Made by a program: the position numbers and the translations under genes. DNA of 64,000 nucleotides from assembly GCA_963668315.1 (NCBI GenBank), contig OY764216.1:1248001-1312000 (forward strand), read 5' to 3'. Below, piece by piece: positions 40,189 to 48,870 of this stretch. The notes below the pieces were generated by a model. That model saw nothing but the letters and a program-made list of their open reading frames with translations, was not told the origin of the DNA and ran no database searches. This DNA comes from Spirochaetia bacterium (GTDB taxonomy: Bacteria; Spirochaetota; Spirochaetia; DSM-2461). The number at the start of each line of letters is the position of its first letter. The first letter of the stretch is position 1.

Positions 40189-40218
40189 AAGGGATAGGAG
40201 ATATAGTATACTTAACTA

Positions 40219-43200
40219 ATGAGAAAGGCCGGATGTTTTCTTTTTTTATTTCTCCCTATTCTTTTCCTCTTTTCCCAGGATATCGGTAATAAATTCAATC
40301 TCTTAACTCCTCTTAGTATGGATGACGGCTTATCGGGCAATTCCGTATACTGCATGCTTCAGGATTCGGAAGGTTACATGTGGTTCGGGACTTTCAGCGG
40401 GCTCAACCGGTATGACGGCAGAAATACCACGGTCTTCCGGCCTCAGATAGGGAATCCGCAGAGCATAAGCGGATCGGTTATATACTCCCTCCATGAGGAC
40501 AGCCGGGGAAGGATCTGGGTTGGTACGAACGGGGGCGGTTTAAGCCTTTTCAACAGGGAGAACCTGACATTCACTTCCTTCCGGAATGATCCCGACGACA
40601 AGCTCAGTCTGCCGGGCGATCAGATCTTTGCCCTGGAGGAGGATGGGAAAGGACGCCTCTGGATTGGCACGGCGGGGGGTGGGCTCTGCTTCTACCGGGG
40701 AGAGGGCCGTTTCTTTATCCTGAACAGCAGCAATTCCGCCCTTGTGAGCGACCGGATCCGGACTCTCTTCTGCGACGGGGATGGTATCCTCTGGATCGGG
40801 ACGGAGAAGGGGCTTTCCCTGTACGATACGAACAGTGGCCGCTTTATCACCCCGGACGGGGCTTCCCGTTTGTCCGGCGAACTCTTTATCAGGGATATTA
40901 AAACGGATAATTCGGGGGATGTCTGGATGGGCTGCAAGGAGGGGCTTTTCCGTTATGACCGGGACAGAGAGCGGCTGGAATCGTTTCCCCTCCCGGAAGA
41001 TCTGGATGTCCGGTCCTTTGTTTTTGATGAGAGCCGTCTCTGGATCGGAACGGAGAGGTCCGGCGTCTATATTTATGACTTTACAGAGGAAGTCTGGACG
41101 GCTCTTCATGCGGACGAGGAGAAGGGCAGCCTCAGCTACGATAAAATCCGGTGTCTGTACAAAGATTCCAACGGTCTTGTCTGGATCGGGACAAGGGGCG
41201 GAGGTATCAATATGTACAATCCGGCGGTTGAACTGGTGAATAATTACACCGATTTAAAGGATATACGCCAGATACTGGAGAGGAAAGACGGCTCTTTGTG
41301 GATAGGGACGGACGGAAGCGGTATCGGAGTGGTGAACAGGGCATCCGGAAAGATTGAGACCTATGATCTTGATCCGGCGGACAGCAGTTCCGGTAACGAC
41401 AACGTCTATTCCTTCATGGAAGACCGCAAGGGAAATCTCTGGATAGGGACGGACGGCGGCGGCCTTTATTTTCTTGAAGCGGGAGAGACAATTAATCATG
41501 CAAGACCCTATCCGCTTAAAAACGCGGCCGAGGGTGACAGTCCTATGACAATCTGGTCCATAAGGGAGGATTCCTTCGGTACAGTGTGGATCGGAACGGA
41601 GGGGGACGGCCTTTATGCCATCGGGGAGCAGGGTCTCTCCCATTACAGGCACGATCCGGAAAATCCCGAGAGTTTGAACGGTAATGCCGTGCGCTGTCTC
41701 TACGAGGATTCCCGCGGTAATCTGTGGGTAGGAACCTGGGATGGAGGATTGAATCTGTTCGACAGGGAAAATATGAACTTTCGCAGTTTTTCCCGTTCTG
41801 CCGTTCAAGCGAACAGTCTGAGCGATAACAGCGTTAATGTCATTTATGAAGATTCCCGGGGATGGCTCTGGATCGGAACCTCAGGAGGAGGGGCAGACAT
41901 CTATTTCCCCGGTGAGAACCGGTTTCGCAACGTCTCTGTACGTGACGGTCTGGCCGGAAATAATACCTATGGCATCCTGGAAGATGATGCGGGAAATATC
42001 TGGCTCTCTTCGGACAGGGGGCTCACCCGTATCAGCGGAGAGAATGAAGCCATTTTGAATTTCAGTCAGGCCGATGGGCTGCTGACAGGTAATTTTTCCC
42101 AGAACGCCTACCTCAGGACCAGGGACGGCATGTTTTTCTGGGGCGGGCCAAAGGGAACCTCGTCTTTCAGCCCCAAAATGCTGCCCCGCAAAAGCAGACC
42201 CTCGGAAATTGCCATAACCGGGCTTAATATCAATAATCTGCCTGTCCCGATCGGAGGGGAAATCGACGGCAGGATGATTCTGGACAGGGACATTTCTTTG
42301 AAAGACAGCATCGTTCTTCCCCATACGGCCAATAATCTGACTGTCCGGTTTTCCCTGCTCTCCTTTATCGATCCGGAAAAGCACCTCTACGAAGTCCAGC
42401 TTCTGGGACTTGAAGAGAACCCCATTTTCCTGGGGAACAACAATGAAATCAGTTATGCGGCGATTCCTCCCGGGACCTACACGCTGAGAGTTACGGCGAT
42501 TGATCATAACGGATTGTTCGCGAACCGGGAGAAGGATCTGACGATTCAGATCCTGGCACCGTTCTGGCGGCATCTCTGGTTTATTGTTCTTTCCCTCCTC
42601 ATCATCATTGGCCTTGTTGCCCTCGTGTTCCTTCTCCGGCTGAAAATCGTCGAGAGAAACAATACCCAGCTGCGAGCCTTTACCATGCATATGGAAGAGG
42701 CCCGGGAAGAGGAACGCAAAGCGGCGGCCCGGGAGTACCATGATGAGCTGGGCCAGCATCTGACGGCTATGAAATTTGATCTATTCTGGCTGAACAATCA
42801 CCCGGATGCCCAGGAAAAGGTTAAGCGGGAGAAAATCGCGTCTCTGCTGGAACTGGTGGACGAATCCATTGGTTCTGTCCGTACCATTTCCACGAATCTG
42901 AGGCCGACCATACTGGATAATCTGACTCTGAAGGAAGCTGTCGAATGGATGAGCCGGCGGTTTACGAAACGGACGCAAATCCCCATTGATCTGGATATAC
43001 AGATGAAAGGTCTGGCGCCCTATGATCCGGACGGAGAGATAAAAACCGCGGTTTTCCGGATGTATCAGGAGATTCTTACCAATATTCTCCGCCATTCGGG
43101 TGCCGATTTTGTGGAAGTGAAAGTCATACAGAGCAAAGAGGAATTCCGTCTTGTCGTACGGGATAACGGTAAAGGAATCGCCCGGGAAGCAGAAAGGGAC

Positions 43201-43332
43201 GTCAAGTCTTTCGGCTTGATAGGAATGAGAGAGAGATGCAGGCACTACAAAGGATCGTTCCTCATTGATAATTTCCCTTCCGGAGGCACCTTTGTCAGGA
43301 TAGTTCTGCCCCTAAAGGAGAAAAATGCATGA
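40219..43332 (+). CDS. Sensor histidine kinase with Reg_prop beta-propeller and Y_Y_Y input, HisKA_3/HATPase output
   Basis: Signal peptide; many (E)DSxGxLWIGT repeats; YAAIPPGTYTLRV; TM PFWRHLW; AREYHDELGQHL, QEILTNILRHS, DNGKG, SFGLIGMRER. Confidence 0.92.
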   Translation: MRKAGCFLFLFLPILFLFSQDIGNKFNLLTPLSMDDGLSGNSVYCMLQDSEGYMWFGTFSGLNRYDGRNTTVFRPQIGNPQSISGSVIYSLHEDSRGRIWVGTNGGGLSLFNRENLTFTSFRNDPDDKLSLPGDQIFALEEDGKGRLWIGTAGGGLCFYRGEGRFFILNSSNSALVSDRIRTLFCDGDGILWIGTEKGLSLYDTNSGRFITPDGASRLSGELFIRDIKTDNSGDVWMGCKEGLFRYDRDRERLESFPLPEDLDVRSFVFDESRLWIGTERSGVYIYDFTEEVWTALHADEEKGSLSYDKIRCLYKDSNGLVWIGTRGGGINMYNPAVELVNNYTDLKDIRQILERKDGSLWIGTDGSGIGVVNRASGKIETYDLDPADSSSGNDNVYSFMEDRKGNLWIGTDGGGLYFLEAGETINHARPYPLKNAAEGDSPMTIWSIREDSFGTVWIGTEGDGLYAIGEQGLSHYRHDPENPESLNGNAVRCLYEDSRGNLWVGTWDGGLNLFDRENMNFRSFSRSAVQANSLSDNSVNVIYEDSRGWLWIGTSGGGADIYFPGENRFRNVSVRDGLAGNNTYGILEDDAGNIWLSSDRGLTRISGENEAILNFSQADGLLTGNFSQNAYLRTRDGMFFWGGPKGTSSFSPKMLPRKSRPSEIAITGLNINNLPVPIGGEIDGRMILDRDISLKDSIVLPHTANNLTVRFSLLSFIDPEKHLYEVQLLGLEENPIFLGNNNEISYAAIPPGTYTLRVTAIDHNGLFANREKDLTIQILAPFWRHLWFIVLSLLIIIGLVALVFLLRLKIVERNNTQLRAFTMHMEEAREEERKAAAREYHDELGQHLTAMKFDLFWLNNHPDAQEKVKREKIASLLELVDESIGSVRTISTNLRPTILDNLTLKEAVEWMSRRFTKRTQIPIDLDIQMKGLAPYDPDGEIKTAVFRMYQEILTNILRHSGADFVEVKVIQSKEEFRLVVRDNGKGIAREAERDVKSFGLIGMRERCRHYKGSFLIDNFPSGGTFVRIVLPLKEKNA

Positions 43333-43967
43333 AAAAGATTCTCATAGTGGATGATCATCCGCTGGTCAGAAAAGGTCTTTGTGAAATCCTCAGAGAGGAT
43401 ATCTCCATTTCCCACCTGGATGAACTGGATAATGGCAATGATGTTCTTTCTCTGGTCGATCAAACGGCCTATGATATTATCATCCTTGATATCTCTCTGC
43501 CGGGCAGAGACGGCCTGGACGTTCTCAAGGATCTCCATTATTACCATCCGGAGATTCCTGTCATTATTCTGAGTATACAGTCGGAGAGCCAGTATGCCCT
43601 TCGTGCCCTCAAAATGGGGGCGTCCGGCTGTTTGAATAAGGCTTCCGCTCCCGAAGAACTGGTCAATGCGGTCAGACAGGTTTTGGAGGGGGGAAGGTAC
43701 TTGTCATCAAAAGTGAGCCAACTGCTTCTGGAAGAGTACAGCAATGAGAGTGCGGACGAACCCCATAAGGCTCTTTCCGAAAGGGAGTATCAGGTCATGC
43801 AGTTGCTGGCGGGGGGAATGACTTCCGGAGAAATCTCCGAGAAGCTCAACCTCAGTATCAAAACGGTAAGCACCTACAGAACCCGTTTGCTTCAGAAAAT
43901 GAATCTTAAGAATAATGCCCAGTTAACATATTATGCTGTAAAAAATAATCTTATATCCGGAACATAA
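43329..43967 (+). CDS. NarL/LuxR-family response regulator (UvrY/GacA-like)
   Basis: ILIVDDHPLVRKG, ILDISLPG, LSEREYQV...SIKTVSTYRTR. Confidence 0.94.
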   Translation: MKKILIVDDHPLVRKGLCEILREDISISHLDELDNGNDVLSLVDQTAYDIIILDISLPGRDGLDVLKDLHYYHPEIPVIILSIQSESQYALRALKMGASGCLNKASAPEELVNAVRQVLEGGRYLSSKVSQLLLEEYSNESADEPHKALSEREYQVMQLLAGGMTSGEISEKLNLSIKTVSTYRTRLLQKMNLKNNAQLTYYAVKNNLISGT

Positions 43968-43984
43968 TTCCATCCTGTTCCGGA

Positions 43985-44024
43985 TGTAGGAAAATTCCTA
44001 CATCCCTTTCAAGCTCTATCCTAC
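43985..44024 (+). promoter_or_regulatory. TGTAGGA-N4-TCCTACA plus downstream TCCTAC (tctC promoter)
   Basis: GGATGTAGGAAAATTCCTACATCC palindrome; extra half-site at 44019; TAAAAT at 44048. Confidence 0.75.
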
Positions 44025-44109
44025 ATCCCATATGAGAATTCTCCTTTTAAAATGATTTCATCTGAAAACTGTTTAGGGTTTTTATTATTTCAATTAAGGA
44101 GTTCTTTTT

Positions 44110-45132
44110 ATGAGAAATCGAAAATTTCTGGCTTTGTTTTTTTCCATGGTTCTGGTTTTGTCACTTGGCTTGACCGTTTCCTGTTCCAAGCAGGGTGATA
44201 CTGACGGTTCAAGCAAAACGGCCGTCGCATATCCCAAGGGCGTTCTGGATTTTGTCGCACCCGGCGGCGCCGGCGGCGGATGGGATCTGACCATCAGAAC
44301 AACAGCCAAGGTTCTCAAAGACAGCAAACTTGTCACAGTTCCCATGCCCGTTAGGAACAATCCCGGTGCGGGCGGTTCGGTCAACCTGGCAAGCCTTCAG
44401 GAAAAGAAAGGTTCCGATAAAATCGTCTGTGTCTATTCTCCCCCCCTTATTCTCACCAAACTGGCCGGAACGACTGATCTGGGTTACAAAGATGTTACTC
44501 CCCTTGCCCGATTGATCGCCGACTATGCCGTATTCGTCGTAGCTGCCGATTCTCCCTATAACAGCATGAGCGATATTATGGACGCTCTTAAAAAGGATAT
44601 CAAATCCGTTAAGATCGGAGGTATTTCCTCTGCCGGTTCCATGGACCATATACAGTTCCTTATGATGGCCAAAGGATCGGGAATCAAGAATCTGAAAGAG
44701 ATCGACTATATCAGTTTTGATGATTCTGCCGCGGCTCAGGTCCTCGGCGGACATGTTGATGTTTATTCCACCGGTCTCTCGGAAGTTCTCGGACTGCTCG
44801 AAAGCGGCGATCTGAAGGCTCTCGGACAGACGGCTGACCATCGCGTCGGCGAAGGTGTCGTCGCCGAAATCCCCACTTGTGTCGAGCAGGGGATTGATGC
44901 CACTTTCGTTAACTGGAGAGGACTTTTCGGTGCCCCTGAAATGCCCGATTACGCCGTTGAATACTGGAGAGACACTCTGGCCAAGATGGTGGAAACCCCC
45001 GAATGGAAAGCCGCCTGCAAGACAAACGGCTGGGATGACGCCTACATGGATGCTCCCGAGTTCGGGACGTTCCTTGAAAAGGTTGACGGGGAATATGAAA
45101 CAATCCTGACTGAAATCGGTTTGATTAAATAA
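44110..45132 (+). CDS. tctC: Tripartite tricarboxylate transporter substrate-binding lipoprotein
   Basis: Lipobox TVSC; APGGAGGGWDLTIR, NNPGAGG, GSMDH, NWRGLFG. Confidence 0.93.
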   Translation: MRNRKFLALFFSMVLVLSLGLTVSCSKQGDTDGSSKTAVAYPKGVLDFVAPGGAGGGWDLTIRTTAKVLKDSKLVTVPMPVRNNPGAGGSVNLASLQEKKGSDKIVCVYSPPLILTKLAGTTDLGYKDVTPLARLIADYAVFVVAADSPYNSMSDIMDALKKDIKSVKIGGISSAGSMDHIQFLMMAKGSGIKNLKEIDYISFDDSAAAQVLGGHVDVYSTGLSEVLGLLESGDLKALGQTADHRVGEGVVAEIPTCVEQGIDATFVNWRGLFGAPEMPDYAVEYWRDTLAKMVETPEWKAACKTNGWDDAYMDAPEFGTFLEKVDGEYETILTEIGLIK

Positions 45133-45144
45133 GAATCATATAAT

Positions 45145-45165
45145 CGCTCTCCCCAGGGGAGAGCG
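45145..45165 (+). other. Intra-operon stem-loop after tctC
   Basis: CGCTCTCCCC/GGGGAGAGCG; no U-tract, so probably an mRNA stabiliser. Confidence 0.5.
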
Positions 45166-45172
45166 GTAATAA

Positions 45173-45652
45173 ATGGAGGAAACTGTGAAATTATCAATTG
45201 TTCCGTCTTTACTTTTTTTACTATTGGGACTGATTTACACGACGGCAACCTTACTGCTCCCCGATGCTTCGGTGGGAAGACCCTTTGAACCGAAAATCTT
45301 TCCCCTGATACTGGGAATCGCCATGATCGCTTTGTCCCTGGGGCTGCTGGTGAGAGAGGTCATGACCGAAGAGAACAAGTCCCGATCGGCCGTACCCTTT
45401 TACAGGGAAACCGGTTTTGCACGAATAATGCTCACCTGCCTGTTCTCGGTTATCTATGCACTTTTATTTGATAAAATCGGCTATGTCTTGAGCACCTTTC
45501 TGTTTCTGGAGCTTGAACTGCTTATCTTTAACGGCCCGAAAAACTGGAAAATCAACACTCTTGTGGCTATTGCCTTCAGTTTGTTTATATATATTGTTTT
45601 TTCTAAGCTGCTGGGAGTCTATCTTCCCCTGACTCCGGGTATATGGATTTGA
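45173..45652 (+). CDS. tctB: Tripartite tricarboxylate transporter small permease
   Basis: About 4 TM; PKIFP, IGYVLST, FSKLLGVYLP. Confidence 0.9.
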   Translation: MEETVKLSIVPSLLFLLLGLIYTTATLLLPDASVGRPFEPKIFPLILGIAMIALSLGLLVREVMTEENKSRSAVPFYRETGFARIMLTCLFSVIYALLFDKIGYVLSTFLFLELELLIFNGPKNWKINTLVAIAFSLFIYIVFSKLLGVYLPLTPGIWI

Positions 45653-45661
45653 GGTAATTAT

Positions 45662-47170
45662 ATGGATACGCTATCATTTTTATTAGACGGATTCCTGGTC
45701 GCTTTGACGCCCATGAACCTTATGTGGGTAACCCTGGGAGGATTCCTGGGTACCATTATCGGTATGCTTCCCGGACTGGGACCTGCCACCGGCGTTGCGG
45801 TTCTGCTGCCCCTGACCTTCTCCATGGGGCCCACGGCCGCCCTGATTACAATGGGAGGAGTTTACTACGGCGCCATGTTCGGAGGCTCCCGGGCTTCGAT
45901 CCTGATAAATACACCCGGTGACGGTGCTGCCGTCGCCGCGACTTTTGACGGATATCCCATGACCTTGAACGGCAAAGCAGAATCGGCGTTGGCCATGTCG
46001 GCTATTGCTTCATTTTTCGGCGGGATTTTCGCGACCTTCTGTATGGTGGTTATCGCTATTCCCGTTGCCCGGTTCGCCCTTAAATTTGGGCCGGCGGAAT
46101 ATTTTATGCTTTTCCTGTTCGCCCTGTCCGCCACGGCTTCCATGACGGAAGGCAACCGGCTGAGAGGTTTTCTGGCAACCATACTGGGGCTGATTATATC
46201 TACAATAGGTATTGACGGCCAGTCCGGAGTCATCCGGTTCACCGGCGGGATTCTGGAACTTCAGAGCGGAATTGACTTCCTCATTGTCATTATCGCCGTA
46301 TACGCTCTGGGAGAAGTCTTCAAGAGTTTCAAGAATATTGAGTCGGGCAAGTCCAAAGTTCAGAAGAATTTCGGCAGAATATGGGTTACCCGGGAAGAGT
46401 GGAAGCGGTGCATATGGCCTATTCTGAGAAGCTCACCCCTTGGTTTTTTTGTCGGGGCCCTTCCCGGCGCCGGCGGAACAATGGCATCCCTCATGTCCTA
46501 CAATAACGAGAAACAGCTTTCCAAGCATCCCGAAGAGTTCGGAGAAGGTGCCATCGAGGGGCTGGCCGCTCCCGAGGCGGCGAACAACGCGGCTTCCGTA
46601 GGAGCCATGATACCCATGCTTACCCTTGGCATTCCCGGTTCCGGTACGACAGCCGTTATGATGGGGGCTCTTCTTCTGCTTGGTCTGCAGCCGGGTCCCA
46701 TGCTGTTTCAGCAGCAGCCTCTTATTATCTGGGGACTCATCGCCAGTATGTTTATCGGAAATATCATTCTGGCTGTTATGAATATTCCTCTGGCCGGTCT
46801 GCTGGTACGGGTTCTGTCCGTTCCGCCGAAGATTCTGTATCCCATTGTGCTGGGGCTTTCCTTCGTAGGCGCTTATGCCATCAGCTACAGTAAAATGGAC
46901 TTCTATCTGCTGGTTGTATTCGGTCTGATGGGATTTTTCATGAACAAGGCGAAAATCCCGGCTACTCCCATGATTCTGGCTGTTATCGTCGGCAATAATA
47001 TGGAACAATCATTCCGGCGGGCTTATAAAATTGCTGACGGCAACCTGGGTGTCTATATGGGATCTCCCATATGTCTGATTCTTGCCGGCCTGACAATTCT
47101 TTCTGTCGCTTATCCTATTGTTAAAGGAATCATCGACGGAAGAAAGAACAAAATCATGGCGGCGGCTTAA
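45662..47170 (+). CDS. tctA: Tripartite tricarboxylate transporter large permease
   Basis: GMLPGLGP, YYGAMFGGS, PEAANNA, LTLGIPGS. Confidence 0.95.
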   Translation: MDTLSFLLDGFLVALTPMNLMWVTLGGFLGTIIGMLPGLGPATGVAVLLPLTFSMGPTAALITMGGVYYGAMFGGSRASILINTPGDGAAVAATFDGYPMTLNGKAESALAMSAIASFFGGIFATFCMVVIAIPVARFALKFGPAEYFMLFLFALSATASMTEGNRLRGFLATILGLIISTIGIDGQSGVIRFTGGILELQSGIDFLIVIIAVYALGEVFKSFKNIESGKSKVQKNFGRIWVTREEWKRCIWPILRSSPLGFFVGALPGAGGTMASLMSYNNEKQLSKHPEEFGEGAIEGLAAPEAANNAASVGAMIPMLTLGIPGSGTTAVMMGALLLLGLQPGPMLFQQQPLIIWGLIASMFIGNIILAVMNIPLAGLLVRVLSVPPKILYPIVLGLSFVGAYAISYSKMDFYLLVVFGLMGFFMNKAKIPATPMILAVIVGNNMEQSFRRAYKIADGNLGVYMGSPICLILAGLTILSVAYPIVKGIIDGRKNKIMAAA

Positions 47171-47185
47171 TCTAGTATTCCTCAT

Positions 47186-47214
47186 CTCCCGGCATTGCCG
47201 GGAGTTTTTGTTTT
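47186..47214 (+). terminator. Intrinsic terminator of tct operon
   Basis: CTCCCGGC-ATT-GCCGGGAG followed by TTTTTGTTTT. Confidence 0.8.
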
Positions 47215-47342
47215 CCCCCATGAATAATGATGACAATTGGAACGGGGGCGACCTGGCATCATTTTACAAGAGCCGGGGAATTTTACGTTAATTTAACAGT
47301 CAATCAACCTGTCTTTTTTAAAAAATGTGCTAGATTTTTTAT

Positions 47343-47531
47343 ATGAAAAAATACAATAACAAAATAGACCTAATCAACGGAGCATCCGACTTAATGCACA
47401 GGATGGATGAAGACCTGGACTTTATCTTCAAAAACTTTGAAATTCCCGATAAGTACTCCGATTCCGATTTTGACAGAAAACTTGAAGAAACTGTTGAGGA
47501 GATGGACCGGGAGCTGTGGGAGGAATTCTAG
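47343..47531 (+). CDS. Small acidic hypothetical protein (62 aa)
   Basis: D/E-rich ORF preceded by a TG-n-TAGATT extended -10-like element; no SD. Confidence 0.45.
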   Translation: MKKYNNKIDLINGASDLMHRMDEDLDFIFKNFEIPDKYSDSDFDRKLEETVEEMDRELWEEF

Positions 47532-47932
47532 CCTCCCTCCGTAATCCCGTCGGGCCGATGGCCGGGACGGTATAGAAGAGAAAAACTACCCTTCTCTCTG
47601 GCACTGGAGTCAGAACCGGTGTGGAAAGCTTACGCTCCAGCCGCCAAAAGAGTTTCTGAGAAAGAGCATCGTTGCCTGCGGAAAAAGTCAGATAGAGCCC
47701 ACTCTTGCCTTTGCCGGGCTGTATTTTGTCCTGCAGCTTGAGAAACGGGAGGAACCTTTCAAGGGACCTTACAAGCATAGGCCTGAATAAACCCGGCAGA
47801 GTATAAACCGTCCTATACGTGATAATATACGACTATGTAAAACATATTAATTTCTCATACCAAAATGTTTCTTTTCCTTTTCTACAATGGCCTGAAACAC
47901 ATCAAAACCTTCCTATTAATCCGTATTCCCCA

Positions 47933-47949
47933 TTGGCATAGTAATTGCT
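47933..47949 (+). promoter_or_regulatory. sigma54 (-24/-12) promoter
   Basis: TTGGCATAGTAATTGCT with exact GG-N10-GC spacing. Confidence 0.7.
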
Positions 47950-48041
47950 GAATAATGAATGATTCTTCTAAAGATAATAATATTATAATAATATTGTCTT
48001 TTTAGGGAGGATTGTTGTGAAACTTTATTATAGGGAAGAGA

Positions 48042-48740
48042 ATGCCAATATTGCATGAGGAAATCTTTAATGATTTATATGGAAAAATTAAAGATGGATA
48101 TTACAAAATCGGTGACAAATTACCCAGTGAAAAAGAACTGACAGAGGTTTATCGTTCCAGTAAAGCGCCCGTGAGACAGGCGATGAGTAAGCTCGAAGGG
48201 CTGGGCATGATTGTAAGGCAGGCGGGGAAGGGAACTTTTGTAAATCAGCAGTTTATGATTTGGAATAAACTAAGCGGATTCAGCAGTTATTTTTTAAAAG
48301 ACCTGCCTAAGATGTATTTCCGGAACCTAACGCTTGAGGAGAGAGCTACCGACGAGGACATGAGCCGCCGATTGGATATTCCCGTGGGCACGGATATTTG
48401 TGAACTGACGCGAGTCAGGTATTTTGACAATATCCCCACCAGTTACCTGAAGCATTATACATATATGTTATCCATGAAGGAAATGGAAAAGATCAGTAAT
48501 TACAATACGACGCGCCATATCCTTTATCAATATCATGGTATTGAGATTAGCAGAGCCCATGAAGTAATAGAGGCGGTTGTTGCAGATGAGCACCTGGCAG
48601 AGCTTTTAGACATTACCGTCGGTTTTCCCTTAATGCGTATCGAGCGTACCTCCTATGAGAAGAACGGTCGGGTCGCCGAATTTGTTGAATATTTCGGACG
48701 GACGGACAAATGGAAGTACCAGGTTGATTTAAGAGAATAG
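48042..48740 (+). CDS. GntR-family regulator (HutC/UTRA subfamily)
   Basis: GDKLPSEKEL...VRQAM...GKGTFV wHTH; C-terminal UTRA. Confidence 0.92.
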   Translation: MPILHEEIFNDLYGKIKDGYYKIGDKLPSEKELTEVYRSSKAPVRQAMSKLEGLGMIVRQAGKGTFVNQQFMIWNKLSGFSSYFLKDLPKMYFRNLTLEERATDEDMSRRLDIPVGTDICELTRVRYFDNIPTSYLKHYTYMLSMKEMEKISNYNTTRHILYQYHGIEISRAHEVIEAVVADEHLAELLDITVGFPLMRIERTSYEKNGRVAEFVEYFGRTDKWKYQVDLRE

Positions 48741-48781
48741 ATATTTATCGCTTTGAGTGATGCAGAAAAGGCAAAGGGGTA

Positions 48782-48795
48782 AATATTATAATATT
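48782..48795. promoter_or_regulatory. Palindrome AATATTATAATATT (candidate GntR operator)
   Basis: Perfect 14-bp palindrome; a 13/14 copy lies at 47979-47992 upstream of gntR. Confidence 0.5.
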
Positions 48796-48870
48796 ACAAT
48801 GATTTGTCTCGGGACAGATCGGTTGATATTTCTTCGGGCGTATGCGGAGACGTTACATTAGGGGGGAGAG

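Noticed and set aside
40300..42150. Recurrent TGGAT(C/A)GG(A/G)AC repeats suggesting an array
   Set aside because: They encode WIGT beta-propeller repeats within the kinase; not CRISPR
47254..47268. Second sigma54-like site TGGCATCATTTTAC
   Set aside because: No GC at the -12 position
47428..47800. 116-aa minus-strand ORF, possible ncRNA, or TAG read-through of the 62-aa ORF
   Set aside because: No recognisable motif, RBS or RNA fold by eye; an Rfam or BLAST search would be needed
47955..47965. ATGAATGATTC resembling the TetR operator
   Set aside because: Right arm degenerate, in an AT-rich region far from tetR
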